A stretch of DNA of 64,000 nucleotides from Candidatus Omnitrophota bacterium (GCA_003154195.1 PMCS01000029.1:24142-88141); one strand, 5' to 3'. Numbered from the stretch's first letter, positions 9,249 to 19,277 are shown. A program made the numbers and translations. Notes: generated by a model from the sequence alone, not told the origin.

Positions 9249-9399
9249 GGTGGCTTTTCATTCTCCCGGCGATTTATAATTGAACAAAATTTGAGATAAT
9301 GCCCCTTATGAGCAATCTCGAAAATTACCCCGATCAACCCTTTGATTCTTCTTCACTTAGCTCAAGATTAATTTTTCCGGCTGTATTCCGCCGGAAAAA

Positions 9400-10716
9400 T
9401 TAAAAGGAATACACCAGGGACGAATTAAGCATCCAATAGCTTGTTTTTACCGTATGGTCTATATCGTCGCTGGCGCCGAGAAGGTAACCCTGGTAATAAA
9501 ATCGCTCTTTTAATTTGCCTTTTGTGTTAATATTAATACAATTAAATCCTAAATTCCAGGTCCAAAACGGATCGATGCGGCAGCTTCCCACGATATCCGC
9601 TAAATATGCTTTTCCTTTGCATACCCCCCGGCTGATCATATCGACGTTGGCGCCCAGAACCGCGTCGGTATCAGGGTAAAGATGCACGTCCTTATCTTTT
9701 ATGCGCACCCACTGCGAAAAGCCGAGCTTAAAATATAAAGTAAATCTTTCCCATGGCGAAATACTTGAAGCTATCCCGATATAAGGCAATTGGGTCTTGA
9801 CGGCATACTCGCACCATTTCAAGTTCTGGGTATCGGTATATCCGGCGTCAAACGGCCCGGGGCCGTAAGGCCCGTAGCCTGCCTGCGCCAGGCTGGTAGA
9901 AGAAAACTTAAACATTTCGTAGCGAAAGCCCGCTAAAACACCCAGGGTATATTTGGGACGAATCAGAAAATTATACAAATAATCCAAGTCGAGCAGGGTT
10001 AAGGCTTCGACGTTTGTATCAGACTCCGAATAAATATCCTTACCGTCATGGTTAGTTGCCCAATTGGCGCTGTTGTTAAGCACGCCGTCGTCGTTGTAAT
10101 CGATATACCCCTTGTCGTTTTGAATCCAATCGGAATCTTTCATCTTGCCGCTGGCCCGGCTGAAGCATTTAAACCAAAATCCCATATCTAATTTATATTT
10201 TGGTTTGTTCTCGTAATCAGGAGAATTAACTCCCAGCGCGCAAAGAACGCCGCTTAAAATGTTATGAATCGGCCATTCCAATGCGCTTTCGCCATGACCG
10301 CCCACAGAATAATCGTTATCAAACATTATATGATACTTCACCTGGCCGCTGATACGGGCCAATTGGAGTCCGAAGGAAATAAACCCGTCTTCACCCAAAA
10401 AGGCTAAGGCTGCCTGTCTAAGTTTCCGGTTGTCGCCGCCGACCGCCTGGATAAATTCTTCTTGCCGGACAACAGGGCCGGCTTTATCCGGGCTGTTTTC
10501 CGCCGCGCCTTCCTGATTCGAATTTTTCCGGCCGGCCTCAACAGCATCAAGATAAACATCTACGGTGGCGGCCTTGGCTTTAGCGTCAATCCCCTGGCTG
10601 AAAACAAAGGAAGGAAAAAGTAGGAAAAAAATGACGAAAAAAAATGAATAAGGATTGTCCGGCTTAAGTATTTTCAAGGGCGAATGGTAAATTTTACAAT
10701 TGTTATCCCTTATCAT
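9400..10716 (-). CDS. Omptin-family outer-membrane protease-like beta-barrel
   Basis: SALEW, GKMKDSDW (DxD) and DKDVH (DxH) omptin-like catalytic motifs; C-terminal YSF. Confidence 0.7.
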   Translation of the reverse strand: MIRDNNCKIYHSPLKILKPDNPYSFFFVIFFLLFPSFVFSQGIDAKAKAATVDVYLDAVEAGRKNSNQEGAAENSPDKAGPVVRQEEFIQAVGGDNRKLRQAALAFLGEDGFISFGLQLARISGQVKYHIMFDNDYSVGGHGESALEWPIHNILSGVLCALGVNSPDYENKPKYKLDMGFWFKCFSRASGKMKDSDWIQNDKGYIDYNDDGVLNNSANWATNHDGKDIYSESDTNVEALTLLDLDYLYNFLIRPKYTLGVLAGFRYEMFKFSSTSLAQAGYGPYGPGPFDAGYTDTQNLKWCEYAVKTQLPYIGIASSISPWERFTLYFKLGFSQWVRIKDKDVHLYPDTDAVLGANVDMISRGVCKGKAYLADIVGSCRIDPFWTWNLGFNCININTKGKLKERFYYQGYLLGASDDIDHTVKTSYWMLNSSLVYSF

Positions 10717-10770
10717 ATTTTTTCCGGTTCTGAGATGATTAATTCTCGCGGGTTTTTATGCGATAATTAA

Positions 10771-12207
10771 TCATGCGCCGAACCAACCGGTCACAGGACT
10801 GGGCAACAATCCAATACCGATATGCTTGGATTGGATATATTCGAAAAACCCTTCCCGTCCAAGATTGCGGCCCCAGCCGCTTGCCCGAACGCCGCCGAAA
10901 GGCGTAAGCGAACTCATCTGAACAAAGGAATTCACCCAAACCGTTCCGTAGCTGATCTCTCCGGCGAGCCTTTGGGCATAAGGTAAATCCTTAGTCCAGA
11001 TCTGGCAGACTAAGCCGGTAGGGTTATTTTCAATGATTTCTTCGGCTTCGCGCCGGCCGTTAAAACTTTTGAGCAATACCACCGGCGCGAAAAACTCTTC
11101 GTAGCAGATATTTTTTAATTCGATAACCGTAGCGGGATAAAAATAACCTTTTCCGGCAAGGGGTTTGCCGCCGCATAAAATTACCGCGCCGGTTTTTATC
11201 AATTCGCTCACTTTATTATCGATATCATCCCGGTGTTTTTTCGTCGCTATTGGCCCCAAACCGTTTTCCGGCGCGAACGGGTCGCCGATTTTTATCGCCC
11301 CGGCCTTGCGGACAAGCTCGCGGGAAAACTCCGGATAAATTTTTTCATCCACCAGTGCCAGGCTTGTCCCGATACACATCTGCCCCTGCTTCATAAATGA
11401 CGAACCTAAAATATTTTGCATCGCCGCTTCTTTATCGCAATCGGCAAATACCGCCGCGATGTTGCAGCCGCCTAATTCACAGATTATTTTTTTGGGGTTG
11501 TCGACGGTAGCGGCGATTATCTTTTTCAGCGTTTGGCGCGAACCGGTAAAAGAAATCAAATCGACCGGGCTTTCGGCCAAAGCTTTGCCGATGGTTTCAC
11601 CTCTTCCCGTAACTACGTTAATCAACCCCTTGGGCAAATCTAACCGGTCTAAATGCTTCACCAACTCGAGCAGGGAAAGTGAAGCGAATTCCGAAGGTTT
11701 GATAATTAAAGAATTCCCTGCCGCCAATGCCGCGGCGCCGGTGAAACCAAAAATCATCAACGGCACATTGTAGGGCAGGTAAACGCCGCATACGCCGAAA
11801 GGCTCATATTTGATTAAATCTATCCCGTACTCGCCCGGCAGGCTTTCCTCCTGGATACTTTCCAGAAAAGAAGCGTAATATTTAAAACAATCGGCGCCCA
11901 ATTGGATATCGACAAACAAGGATTCCTTAAACGGTTTACCGATTTCCCGCGTTTCCAAGGTGGCTAAAGTATTCAAATTATCATAAATACACTTGGCGAT
12001 TTCCCGCAACGCCGCCGCCCTTTCCTTGAAGGAAGTTTTTTTCCAGAGTTTTGCCGCTTGCTTCGCGCCGGTAACCGCGGCTTGCAGATCTTTTTCCGAA
12101 GTCTGCGATAGGCGCGCGAAAATTTCTTCCGTGGCGGGATTAACCACATTAATTTTTTCATCGCCTGTTTTAAATTCTCCGGCGATATAATATTTGTATT
12201 CTTCCAT
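10771..12207 (-). CDS. Aldehyde dehydrogenase
   Basis: FTGS, ELGG, GQMC, EEFFAPV, PFGG motifs. Confidence 0.93.
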   Translation of the reverse strand: MEEYKYYIAGEFKTGDEKINVVNPATEEIFARLSQTSEKDLQAAVTGAKQAAKLWKKTSFKERAAALREIAKCIYDNLNTLATLETREIGKPFKESLFVDIQLGADCFKYYASFLESIQEESLPGEYGIDLIKYEPFGVCGVYLPYNVPLMIFGFTGAAALAAGNSLIIKPSEFASLSLLELVKHLDRLDLPKGLINVVTGRGETIGKALAESPVDLISFTGSRQTLKKIIAATVDNPKKIICELGGCNIAAVFADCDKEAAMQNILGSSFMKQGQMCIGTSLALVDEKIYPEFSRELVRKAGAIKIGDPFAPENGLGPIATKKHRDDIDNKVSELIKTGAVILCGGKPLAGKGYFYPATVIELKNICYEEFFAPVVLLKSFNGRREAEEIIENNPTGLVCQIWTKDLPYAQRLAGEISYGTVWVNSFVQMSSLTPFGGVRASGWGRNLGREGFFEYIQSKHIGIGLLPSPVTGWFGA

Positions 12208-12227
12208 AATCAATCCTTTTAAAATCT

Positions 12228-12350
12228 AGGTAAAGGTTACGGTTAAGAAGCCAGTTTGGGTTTAAGGTAATGGCCTGGGCTTAAAAAATATTTTCAAGCC
12301 GTTACCTTAGCCTTAACCCATATGGGCATCGTAGCCTTAGCCCTAACCCT
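12228..12350. repeat. Family D hexamer-arm palindrome (GGTTAR / YTAACC)
   Basis: Homologous to 43165-43283 and 37289-37460. Confidence 0.9.
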
Positions 12351-13380
12351 ATTGACGATGCGGTTCGATGATGACCTTAAGCGACTCTTTCGCTTCGGCG
12401 GTAAGCCGAAAACCCAAACCCGTATCGGCTAACGACAGCCGATGGGTGATCATTTTCGATAAAGGAAGCCGCCCGCCGGAAATCAAACCGGCGGCGATAT
12501 TCGCGTCGCTGGGGCTGCTCCCGTAAGAAGGCATCAATTTTATTTCATTGCGCCAGAATTGGTTTAACGGCACCGGTAGATTTACGCCCGGCTCGGTACA
12601 GGCAAAAAACAACACCGTCCCTCCCCGGTCTACCGCGGAAAGCGCCTGGGCAAATGCCGGGAGCGCACCGGTACAGACAATAACCAGATCCGCCGGCCTT
12701 CCCTGGTTACGCTCTTTTACTTTCGCCGCGATATCTTCATTGGCTTTAAACACCGCGTCGGCGCCAAACTCTTGGGCAAATTTAAGGCGATAATCGTTTA
12801 TATCCGTAGAGAAAATTTTTCCGGCGCCGGCGTGGCGCGCGGCAATAAGATGCAGAAGCCCGGATATGCCGCTGCCGATAATCAGTATCGTCTGGCCAAG
12901 TTTGGCCTGAGCCAATCTCTGGCCGCGCAAAACGCAGGCCAGCGGTTCGATAAAAGTTGCGTCCTCGTAAGACATTTCCTTCGGCAAAACCACCACGCCC
13001 CGGTCGACATTCAAGCTGGGAACGCGCAAATACTGCGCGAATCCGCCGGGGTCATAGTTGGTAGTGTGCAGCGTCTCGCAAGCCGTATGATAACCGCTTA
13101 AACAGTAATGACAGGTATTACAGGGAACGTGATGGGCGACGAATATCCGGTCGCCCACCTTATACTGGTTGACCCCTTCCCCGGTTTGTACGATTTGGCC
13201 GCCAATCTCATGGCCTAAAACCAACGGCGCTTTTTTTATGCGGTACCACTCTAGAACGTCGCTGCCGCAAATACCGCTGGCAATCACCTTTACCAGAAGT
13301 TCACCCTTGCCGATTTTCGGTATCGGCCTGGTTTCAATGCGCACATCGCGGTTATTATAATAAACCGCGGCTTGCATCAT
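12349..13380 (-). CDS. Zn-dependent alcohol/polyol dehydrogenase
   Basis: GICGSD, GHE, CxxCxxC, GSGISG. Confidence 0.92.
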   Translation of the reverse strand: MMQAAVYYNNRDVRIETRPIPKIGKGELLVKVIASGICGSDVLEWYRIKKAPLVLGHEIGGQIVQTGEGVNQYKVGDRIFVAHHVPCNTCHYCLSGYHTACETLHTTNYDPGGFAQYLRVPSLNVDRGVVVLPKEMSYEDATFIEPLACVLRGQRLAQAKLGQTILIIGSGISGLLHLIAARHAGAGKIFSTDINDYRLKFAQEFGADAVFKANEDIAAKVKERNQGRPADLVIVCTGALPAFAQALSAVDRGGTVLFFACTEPGVNLPVPLNQFWRNEIKLMPSYGSSPSDANIAAGLISGGRLPLSKMITHRLSLADTGLGFRLTAEAKESLKVIIEPHRQ

Positions 13381-13381
13381 C

Positions 13382-14188
13382 TCATTTGCTTTTGCTTTTT
13401 TTATTTTTGGTTTCATTGAAAATATCCTGAGCTTCTTTTATATCGGCATCTTCATGAATAATCGCCCTTAAAGCTTTGGCCATGGCAACAGGGTGGGGGC
13501 TCTGCCAGACGTTCCTGCCCAGGTTGACGCCGATCGCTCCTTTTTGCATTCCATCATAGACAAATTCAAAGACCTGCTTTTCGGTTTCGCATTTCGGGCC
13601 GCCGGCAATCACCACCGGCACCGGGCACCCTTTTACCACTTTATCGAAATCCTTATCGCACCAATAAGTCTTCACCACCCGCGCGCCTAATTCCGCGGCG
13701 ATGCGGCAGCAAAGCGCTAAATAGCGCGCCTCGCGCTTTTCGATCTCTTTGCCGACTGCGGTTACGGCCATCACCGGAATACCGTAGTTCTCGCATTGGT
13801 TGACCAACTGGGCTAGATTATTCAAAGTCTGCTTTTCGTAAGCGCTGCCGATAAACACCGATATACCGACCGCGCTGGCATTGAGCCGAATGATTTCTTC
13901 AATCGAAGTTGTCAAAGCTTCGTCGGCTAAATCCTTACCGACCATGCTGGTGCCGCCGGAAACCCGCAGGATTATCGGCTTAGAACCAACCGCTTCGATG
14001 CAGGAGCGCAAAACCCCCCTGGTGCAAAAGAGCGCGTCGCAGTATTCGATGATCGGCTTTATCGTTTCGCCGGGCTTTTCCAAACCGGTCGTCGGGCCCT
14101 GAAAATAGCCGTGGTCAATCGGCATAAAAAAACATTTTCCGTCCTCTTTAATCAACTGCGATAAGCGATTCTTCATCCCCCAATCCAT
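13382..14188 (-). CDS. lsrF: LsrF-family thiolase / class I aldolase
   Basis: MDWGMKNRL, DHGYFQGPTTGLE, VKTY, AGGPK, GRNVWQ. Confidence 0.88.
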   Translation of the reverse strand: MDWGMKNRLSQLIKEDGKCFFMPIDHGYFQGPTTGLEKPGETIKPIIEYCDALFCTRGVLRSCIEAVGSKPIILRVSGGTSMVGKDLADEALTTSIEEIIRLNASAVGISVFIGSAYEKQTLNNLAQLVNQCENYGIPVMAVTAVGKEIEKREARYLALCCRIAAELGARVVKTYWCDKDFDKVVKGCPVPVVIAGGPKCETEKQVFEFVYDGMQKGAIGVNLGRNVWQSPHPVAMAKALRAIIHEDADIKEAQDIFNETKNKKSKSK

Positions 14189-14309
14189 TTTGTGTCCCCC
14201 TAATTGGTTAATTTAATTCTCTTTGTTTTTCTTCCCCATAACCCGCAAGGTGCGCTTGGAGCGGATAAAGAGCGGTAAGAATTTGACGCGAGCAAGCGCA
14301 TTTTGCGGG

Positions 14310-15314
14310 TTATTCTACGGGAGCCTGTTCCCACAATTTAAACGTCCGCACCATCACCGGATACCATTTGCTCATCTTCGCGAAGTCGCCTTTGGTTTTC
14401 ACCTTGCCCTGGGTAGAGGCAACAAACGGGTCGATTTCGCGGTTAAAAACTTTTCTTAATATTTCCGGCTTGCCGATAATCACAAACTCGGCGTTTTCAT
14501 CATTATCGATTTTCATGATCTTTCCATGCTCATAGACAAACCGTATCACTTCGCCGTTATCCTGGTTCTTCACCGCCAGGGTACAGGTCAAATCATACTT
14601 TCTGCCCAATTCTTGCGCTTCGCTGTCATTGTTGACTATGCCCATCAGCGCCCCGGCATGTTCTTCCGACAGCATCTTATATTTTTTTGTATTTGCCTTT
14701 GCTTCTTCGATAGTTTTTTGCTTCTGGTCTGGTGTCTGTAAATTTGCTGATTTCATCAGCAAATTTACCCTTGCCTGTTCTTCCAGCAATTCGATCAGGC
14801 TGAATGCCGCCTTAAAATCATCTCCCACCGCCACAACCCCGTGGTTTTTTAAAACCACGATATTGGCGTTTTCCAATGCTTCCAATACCGGCTCAATATT
14901 AGTTACGGTGGGCGTATCCTGCGCGATGGCTTTCACCTCGCCCAGATAAAACTTCGCTTCGAAAGAAAAAATATCCAACCGGTCAAAATAGTTAAAAAAC
15001 GCGGTAGTAAAAGAGGGATGCGCGTGCAAGACAACCTTTGTATCTTTAAATTGTTTGTAAATCTCCAGATGAAGCTCCCGCTCCACGCTCGGCTCTTCTT
15101 TTCCTTCTAAGATTTTACCGCCTTCTTCCATCAAGACGATATCGGCCTCCTCTAAAAAGCCCAGATAAGCGTCATGGCCGGTAATCATGATTTTACCTCT
15201 GCCGGCGTTCAGGGAAATATTGCCGCTGCGGCCGATTACCAGATTTTTCGCGCCCAGTAACCGCGCCCAGTAAACTATATCCTTTTTTTCTTGTTCGAAA
15301 TTCATATTTACCAT
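14310..15314 (-). CDS. Class II aldolase/adducin fused to SCP2 (sterol-carrier-like) domain
   Basis: GNIS, PSVERELH, HAH, KNHG; C-terminal DPFVASTQGKVKTKGD is SCP2-like. Confidence 0.82.
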   Translation of the reverse strand: MVNMNFEQEKKDIVYWARLLGAKNLVIGRSGNISLNAGRGKIMITGHDAYLGFLEEADIVLMEEGGKILEGKEEPSVERELHLEIYKQFKDTKVVLHAHPSFTTAFFNYFDRLDIFSFEAKFYLGEVKAIAQDTPTVTNIEPVLEALENANIVVLKNHGVVAVGDDFKAAFSLIELLEEQARVNLLMKSANLQTPDQKQKTIEEAKANTKKYKMLSEEHAGALMGIVNNDSEAQELGRKYDLTCTLAVKNQDNGEVIRFVYEHGKIMKIDNDENAEFVIIGKPEILRKVFNREIDPFVASTQGKVKTKGDFAKMSKWYPVMVRTFKLWEQAPVE

Positions 15315-15431
15315 TTTAATCGGATTTTTTCGAAAGTGAAGTTATAAATTCAACAATATCGGCTGTTTTATTCTTCGCGGCACTAAAACCCCGTTTTTCA
15401 AAACGGGGTACCACCGACGAAGTCGGTGGTA

Positions 15432-15491
15432 TAATTCGACTACAGCCTTGCGCTACGTCCTTCGGGCTTGCGCTCGGCTAAGTCTCATTAA
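15432..15491 (-). repeat. Family A element
   Basis: TAATGAGACTT-agcc...ggct-GTAGTCGAATTA. Confidence 0.85.
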
Positions 15492-15529
15492 TTAACACGG
15501 TGTGCCGCTCTAGAATGAGCCTTGCTGGA

Positions 15530-15554
15530 TACCCCGGTCTTCAGACCGGGGAGT
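15530..15554. mobile_element. IS200/IS605-like terminal hairpin remnant
   Basis: CCCCGGTCTTCAGACCGGGGAG; related CCCCGTTTTTCAAAACGGGG at ~15389. Confidence 0.45.
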
Positions 15555-15579
15555 TATGGAAGGCTTCATTTTGCGCGGC

Positions 15580-16905
15580 TCACGGCGTAACGGCATAAAG
15601 CTCATCCAGCGGACTCTTGGGAGCGTTACTCATATCCCGCAGAACATGAGTATAGATCATCGTCGTTTCCACATTCTTATGCCCCAGCAGCTCCTGCACC
15701 TCGCGAATGTTTACCCCGTTCTGCAAAAGATGCGTGGCAAAGCTATGGCGCATGGTATGAACCGTCGCGTGCTTGACAATACCCGCTTTGTTAACCGCGG
15801 CGCGCACCGCCTTCTGTATCGAAGTTTCATCGATATGATGCCGCCTCACCTTACCCGAACGCGGATCAACCGAAAGCTTGCTGGAAGGAAAAACATACTG
15901 CCAGCGCCATTCTTTTCCGGCGTTAGGCATCTTACGCCCTAAGCTGTCCGGTAAAAAAACTTCGCCATATCCGGAAACTAAATCTTTGTCATGAAGTTTT
16001 TTAACTTCTTCCAAATGCAAACGTAATTGCCCCTTAACCGCTTGCGGCAAAATCGTCGACCGATCCTTATCGCCCTTGGCCGCACGGACAAAAATTAAAT
16101 TATTATCGAAATCAATATCCTGCGCGCGAAGCCGCGCCAGTTCCATCAACCGCAAACCCGAGCCATAAAGCACCTGCGCGATCAATAAATCTCTTCCTTT
16201 GATCTGCTTGAATAATTCCTGAACCTCTCTTACCGACAATACCACCGGAAGCTTAAGCCCCCGCTTAGCCCTCACCGTTTTATCTAAATTACCCAGTTCG
16301 GCGCCAAGCACATCGCGAAATAAAAACAATAGCGCGTTAAACGCCTGATTCTGCGTGGATGACGACACTCGCTTATTAATCGCTAAAAACGTAAGAAAAT
16401 CAGTAACATCTTCTGACGATAATCCACTCGAACAAATCTCTTTCTTTTTTACTTCTGCCGTATATTCAAAAAATCGTTTAATCCAATCCAAGTAGGTGCG
16501 TTCCGTGCTGTAAGAAAAATGCTTAACCCGGATTAGCCGGCGGGCCTTCTCTAAAATATCTCCCGGGGTATCAGTGGGATCAGCCGAAATTTCCAAATTA
16601 GACGTTTTCTGCCCTTTAAAATGTTCAAAATAAATCTTCAAAGCATCCTGCGCCTGCCGTAACTGCCATTCGCTGGATTGCGCCCCTTCTAATAAGGCTA
16701 AAAATTTATTCTGCTGTTCGAGAAAAGATAGATTCCCATAATTTTGGGAAAACTTCAAAAACTTATCCACCCAAACCGCGCAATAAGATACATACTTAGA
16801 GTCAGTAAATTTCTTATCCAGCAAAAACTTTTGGAATTCCGGCAATACGTTTTCGTAGGATTTTTTCTTTTCTGCCAAGTTTCCCATGCTATACGGATTC
16901 CGCAT
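15580..16905 (-). CDS. intI: Integron integrase (long form with extra N-terminal domain)
   Basis: Tyrosine recombinase R-H-R-H-Y ([22 protein letters not shown]) plus IntI-specific WQYVFPS...RRHH insertion. Confidence 0.96.
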   Translation of the reverse strand: MRNPYSMGNLAEKKKSYENVLPEFQKFLLDKKFTDSKYVSYCAVWVDKFLKFSQNYGNLSFLEQQNKFLALLEGAQSSEWQLRQAQDALKIYFEHFKGQKTSNLEISADPTDTPGDILEKARRLIRVKHFSYSTERTYLDWIKRFFEYTAEVKKKEICSSGLSSEDVTDFLTFLAINKRVSSSTQNQAFNALLFLFRDVLGAELGNLDKTVRAKRGLKLPVVLSVREVQELFKQIKGRDLLIAQVLYGSGLRLMELARLRAQDIDFDNNLIFVRAAKGDKDRSTILPQAVKGQLRLHLEEVKKLHDKDLVSGYGEVFLPDSLGRKMPNAGKEWRWQYVFPSSKLSVDPRSGKVRRHHIDETSIQKAVRAAVNKAGIVKHATVHTMRHSFATHLLQNGVNIREVQELLGHKNVETTMIYTHVLRDMSNAPKSPLDELYAVTP

Positions 16906-16913
16906 AATCTGAT

Positions 16914-16941
16914 ATTATAGAGCAAAGGCGGAACAATTCAA
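16914..16941 (-). promoter_or_regulatory. Putative Pint promoter
   Basis: TTGAAT-16 nt-TATAAT just upstream of intI. Confidence 0.55.
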
Positions 16942-17009
16942 TAAGAAAATGATATTTTTAGTGCGTAATCGTCATATTTTTGCTAAAATACACAAGGGTA
17001 CCAAAGAAA

Positions 17010-17038
17010 ACACCGAATCCGTATATTAATTGTTGCGC
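17010..17038 (+). other. Putative attI site (crossover G/TTGCGC at 17032)
   Basis: GTTGCGC core upstream of divergent intI, complementary to GCGCAAC of the first attC. Confidence 0.6.
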
Positions 17039-17136
17039 GAAATCCAAATAATATAGAACCAGTATTTATTTCGCGCAACGCGGAGCTCAGGCTTCGCCGT
17101 TCCGCGCTTTGTCGCGCCTAAATTCAAAAATCGTAC

Positions 17137-17263
17137 GCGCAACAAATCGCTCCAGCGGAATACGCAAAATGTAAGCAGGTAAATGCGCCACCTGTATTAT
17201 CAAAGGAACGCGCACTTACCTGCCACCTACACTTTGCGTATTCCGCTGAGCTCCGCGTTAGGC
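17137..17263 (+). repeat. attC site
   Basis: GCGCAAC-aaatcgctccagcggaatacgc...gcgtattccgctgagctccgc-GTTAGGC. Confidence 0.85.
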
Positions 17264-17273
17264 CAAAAAATAA

Positions 17274-17861
17274 ATGAAAATTATTGCAATAATAGCGCTG
17301 GTCATTGGTGGATTGATTTCTTCTGGTAATTGGTCTACGATTTATCAATCACACAAAGACAAAAGACACGTTTCAACAATTCCTATTTTAGGAGCTATAT
17401 TCCTCGGCATTGGCCTAACATATTTTAAAGCAACTAGACCGCTTGCCTTGCTATGCTTGATTGCTGACTATGGAACGCTGCTCCTTATTATTTCAACTCC
17501 GCGGCTAATAAACGAAGCCTGGAAAACTAGCCGGTTTAATTTGGTTAACGCCCTTGCCGGTTGTTCCCAGTATACTGAATATAAATTAAATCTTTATAAA
17601 AAGGGAATTTTTGTAATCAGGGCAAAAGTTAATCCTCCTCAAGCAACCAATGAGCATGGCGCCTTAATCAAAGAGTTTGGTTTTGAAAGGCAATGGGAAC
17701 AAAAGAAAAACGTTATTGTTTTAAGCCGATATGCAAACAATAGAGAGGTTACACTAGTGCAAAGCAATAATAAATATATCTCCAGAGAAAGTAATTATCC
17801 CAAAGACAGAAAATGTAATTATGATATGTTGGATGGTATCGAATTTACAAAAAACGCCTAA
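17274..17861 (+). CDS. Cassette-borne membrane protein, unknown function
   Basis: About 3 hydrophobic N-terminal segments; stop codon lies in GCCTAAC. Confidence 0.8.
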   Translation: MKIIAIIALVIGGLISSGNWSTIYQSHKDKRHVSTIPILGAIFLGIGLTYFKATRPLALLCLIADYGTLLLIISTPRLINEAWKTSRFNLVNALAGCSQYTEYKLNLYKKGIFVIRAKVNPPQATNEHGALIKEFGFERQWEQKKNVIVLSRYANNREVTLVQSNNKYISRESNYPKDRKCNYDMLDGIEFTKNA

Positions 17862-17895
17862 CAATTTCATCCAGCGGATTTTGCCTACGGCACCC
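17856..17895 (+). repeat. Truncated attC (left half only)
   Basis: GCCTAACAATTTCATCCAGCGGA with no matching right half or GTT core. Confidence 0.65.
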
Positions 17896-17951
17896 GAAAT
17901 TTTCCCGCAAAAACATTAAAAATATGTTATAATTTGTTTGGAGGCAATCTT

Positions 17952-18170
17952 ATGAAAATAACCGATATCCCTAAAATTTCTCGCTTAAGTATAGCCGAAA
18001 AAATTTTATTCGTAGAAGAACTGTGGGATTCTATCTCGTCCAACAAACGCATCCCTGTCCCTGAATCTCATAAGGCGGAGCTGGATAGAAGGCTGCTTAA
18101 ATACCAAAACAATCGGGGACGCCTACTCTCCTTGAAAGAACTGCAAGCGCGAATAGAAAAAAGAAAATAA
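17952..18170 (+). CDS. Addiction-module antitoxin (TIGR02574-like)
   Basis: LSIAEKILFVEELWDSI...ELDRR; upstream of ParE-like gene; TGtTATAAT promoter upstream. Confidence 0.88.
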   Translation: MKITDIPKISRLSIAEKILFVEELWDSISSNKRIPVPESHKAELDRRLLKYQNNRGRLLSLKELQARIEKRK

Positions 18171-18172
18171 CC

Positions 18173-18484
18173 ATGGGTTATTCGTTATCATTCCTTCCTG
18201 AAGTTGAAGAAGACGCTATCGGCGCGTATCTTTGGTATGAAGAAAAATCCCAAGGCCTCGGCGAAGATTTATTAAGAATATTTTATGCCGGCGCCGCTGA
18301 AATAGCCAGAACTCCCAATCTTTATCCCAGAGTCTATAAAAACTTCCATCGCAAACTTCTTAAACGCTTCCCCTACGCTGTCTATTTTTTTGTTGAAAGA
18401 AAAACTATTATCGTTTACGGATTATTCCATTGCGCCAGAAATCCGTATTTAATACAAGAAAAAATAAACAATAGACACTCCTAA
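18173..18484 (+). CDS. RelE/ParE-family toxin
   Basis: WYEEKSQGLG...RFPYAVYF...FHCARNP. Confidence 0.9.
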   Translation: MGYSLSFLPEVEEDAIGAYLWYEEKSQGLGEDLLRIFYAGAAEIARTPNLYPRVYKNFHRKLLKRFPYAVYFFVERKTIIVYGLFHCARNPYLIQEKINNRHS

Positions 18485-18608
18485 CCAGAAAATCCAGCCG
18501 ACCTGAACCGTTCTGCTTCGCGCTTTATTAGGAAGCATAGTCGCGTTGACGCGCTTCGCAGCAACGAGCCGGCACGAACGGTTCAGGCGGCTGATTATTG
18601 TGTTAGAC
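18479..18608 (+). repeat. attC site
   Basis: TCCTAAC...ATCCAGCCGACCTGAACCGTTC...GAACGGTTCAGGCGGCTGAT...GTTAGAC. Confidence 0.92.
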
Positions 18609-18644
18609 ATAAATAATTAATATAAAAACAAAAAAGGAGGGAAA

Positions 18645-19067
18645 ATGGATAAATTAACGAGAGAAGCTCAAGAACATGGTGAAATTTTTGAATCATTAAT
18701 CTTTTTCGAAAAATTAATACCTGTCTTGTCTGATAAAAATATTGAAAAATTCAAAAGCTTTCTCGATGAACATGCTGAGGATCATTTTGAATTTGAAGAA
18801 AAAGAAATATTCCCAATAATATTAGACAAAGGAACAAATGAAGAAAAAAATTTAATCGAAGAGTTACAAAGTCAGCATAAAGAAATACTGGATATGATCA
18901 ATCAATTAGATAAACTAGTGTCTACCCATGGCGCATCTTCCTCTGGAAATAATAAAGAAAAAATCATGAAACTGAACACAAAAATAATTGAATCACTGCT
19001 TGCGCATGCTCGTAAGGAAGATACTGAGATATTCCCTATTTTTAAAAAATATGGAAACAACATTTAA
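18645..19067 (+). CDS. Hemerythrin/HHE domain protein
   Basis: EH...HFEFEE...QH...HARKED pattern. Confidence 0.85.
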   Translation: MDKLTREAQEHGEIFESLIFFEKLIPVLSDKNIEKFKSFLDEHAEDHFEFEEKEIFPIILDKGTNEEKNLIEELQSQHKEILDMINQLDKLVSTHGASSSGNNKEKIMKLNTKIIESLLAHARKEDTEIFPIFKKYGNNI

Positions 19068-19077
19068 AATAACAAAT

Positions 19078-19210
19078 GTCTAACCATCAAATCCAGCCGA
19101 CCTGAACCGCTTCTGCTTCGCCCTTTGTTAGGCAAGTAATAGCGTTGATGGGCTTCGCAGAAACAGGGGCACGGAAGGAGTGGTTCAGGCGGCTGATTAT
19201 ATTGTTAGAA
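19078..19210 (+). repeat. attC site
   Basis: GTCTAAC...GTTAGAA; closely similar to 18479-18608. Confidence 0.92.
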
Positions 19211-19277
19211 CCAATAAAATAATAAAAAACTCGAAAAACAAAGGAAAATATGGTAGACTTAAATAGAGGTGGGAACA

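Noticed and set aside
12228-12350. Telomere-like TTAGGG/CCCTAA repeats suggesting eukaryotic contamination
   Set aside because: Degenerate, palindromic, three homologous copies embedded within bacterial operons.
14239-14313. Isolated attC (ATAAC...GTTAT hairpin)
   Set aside because: Continuous stem without the unpaired spacer or extrahelical bases of attC; treated as an ordinary intergenic hairpin.
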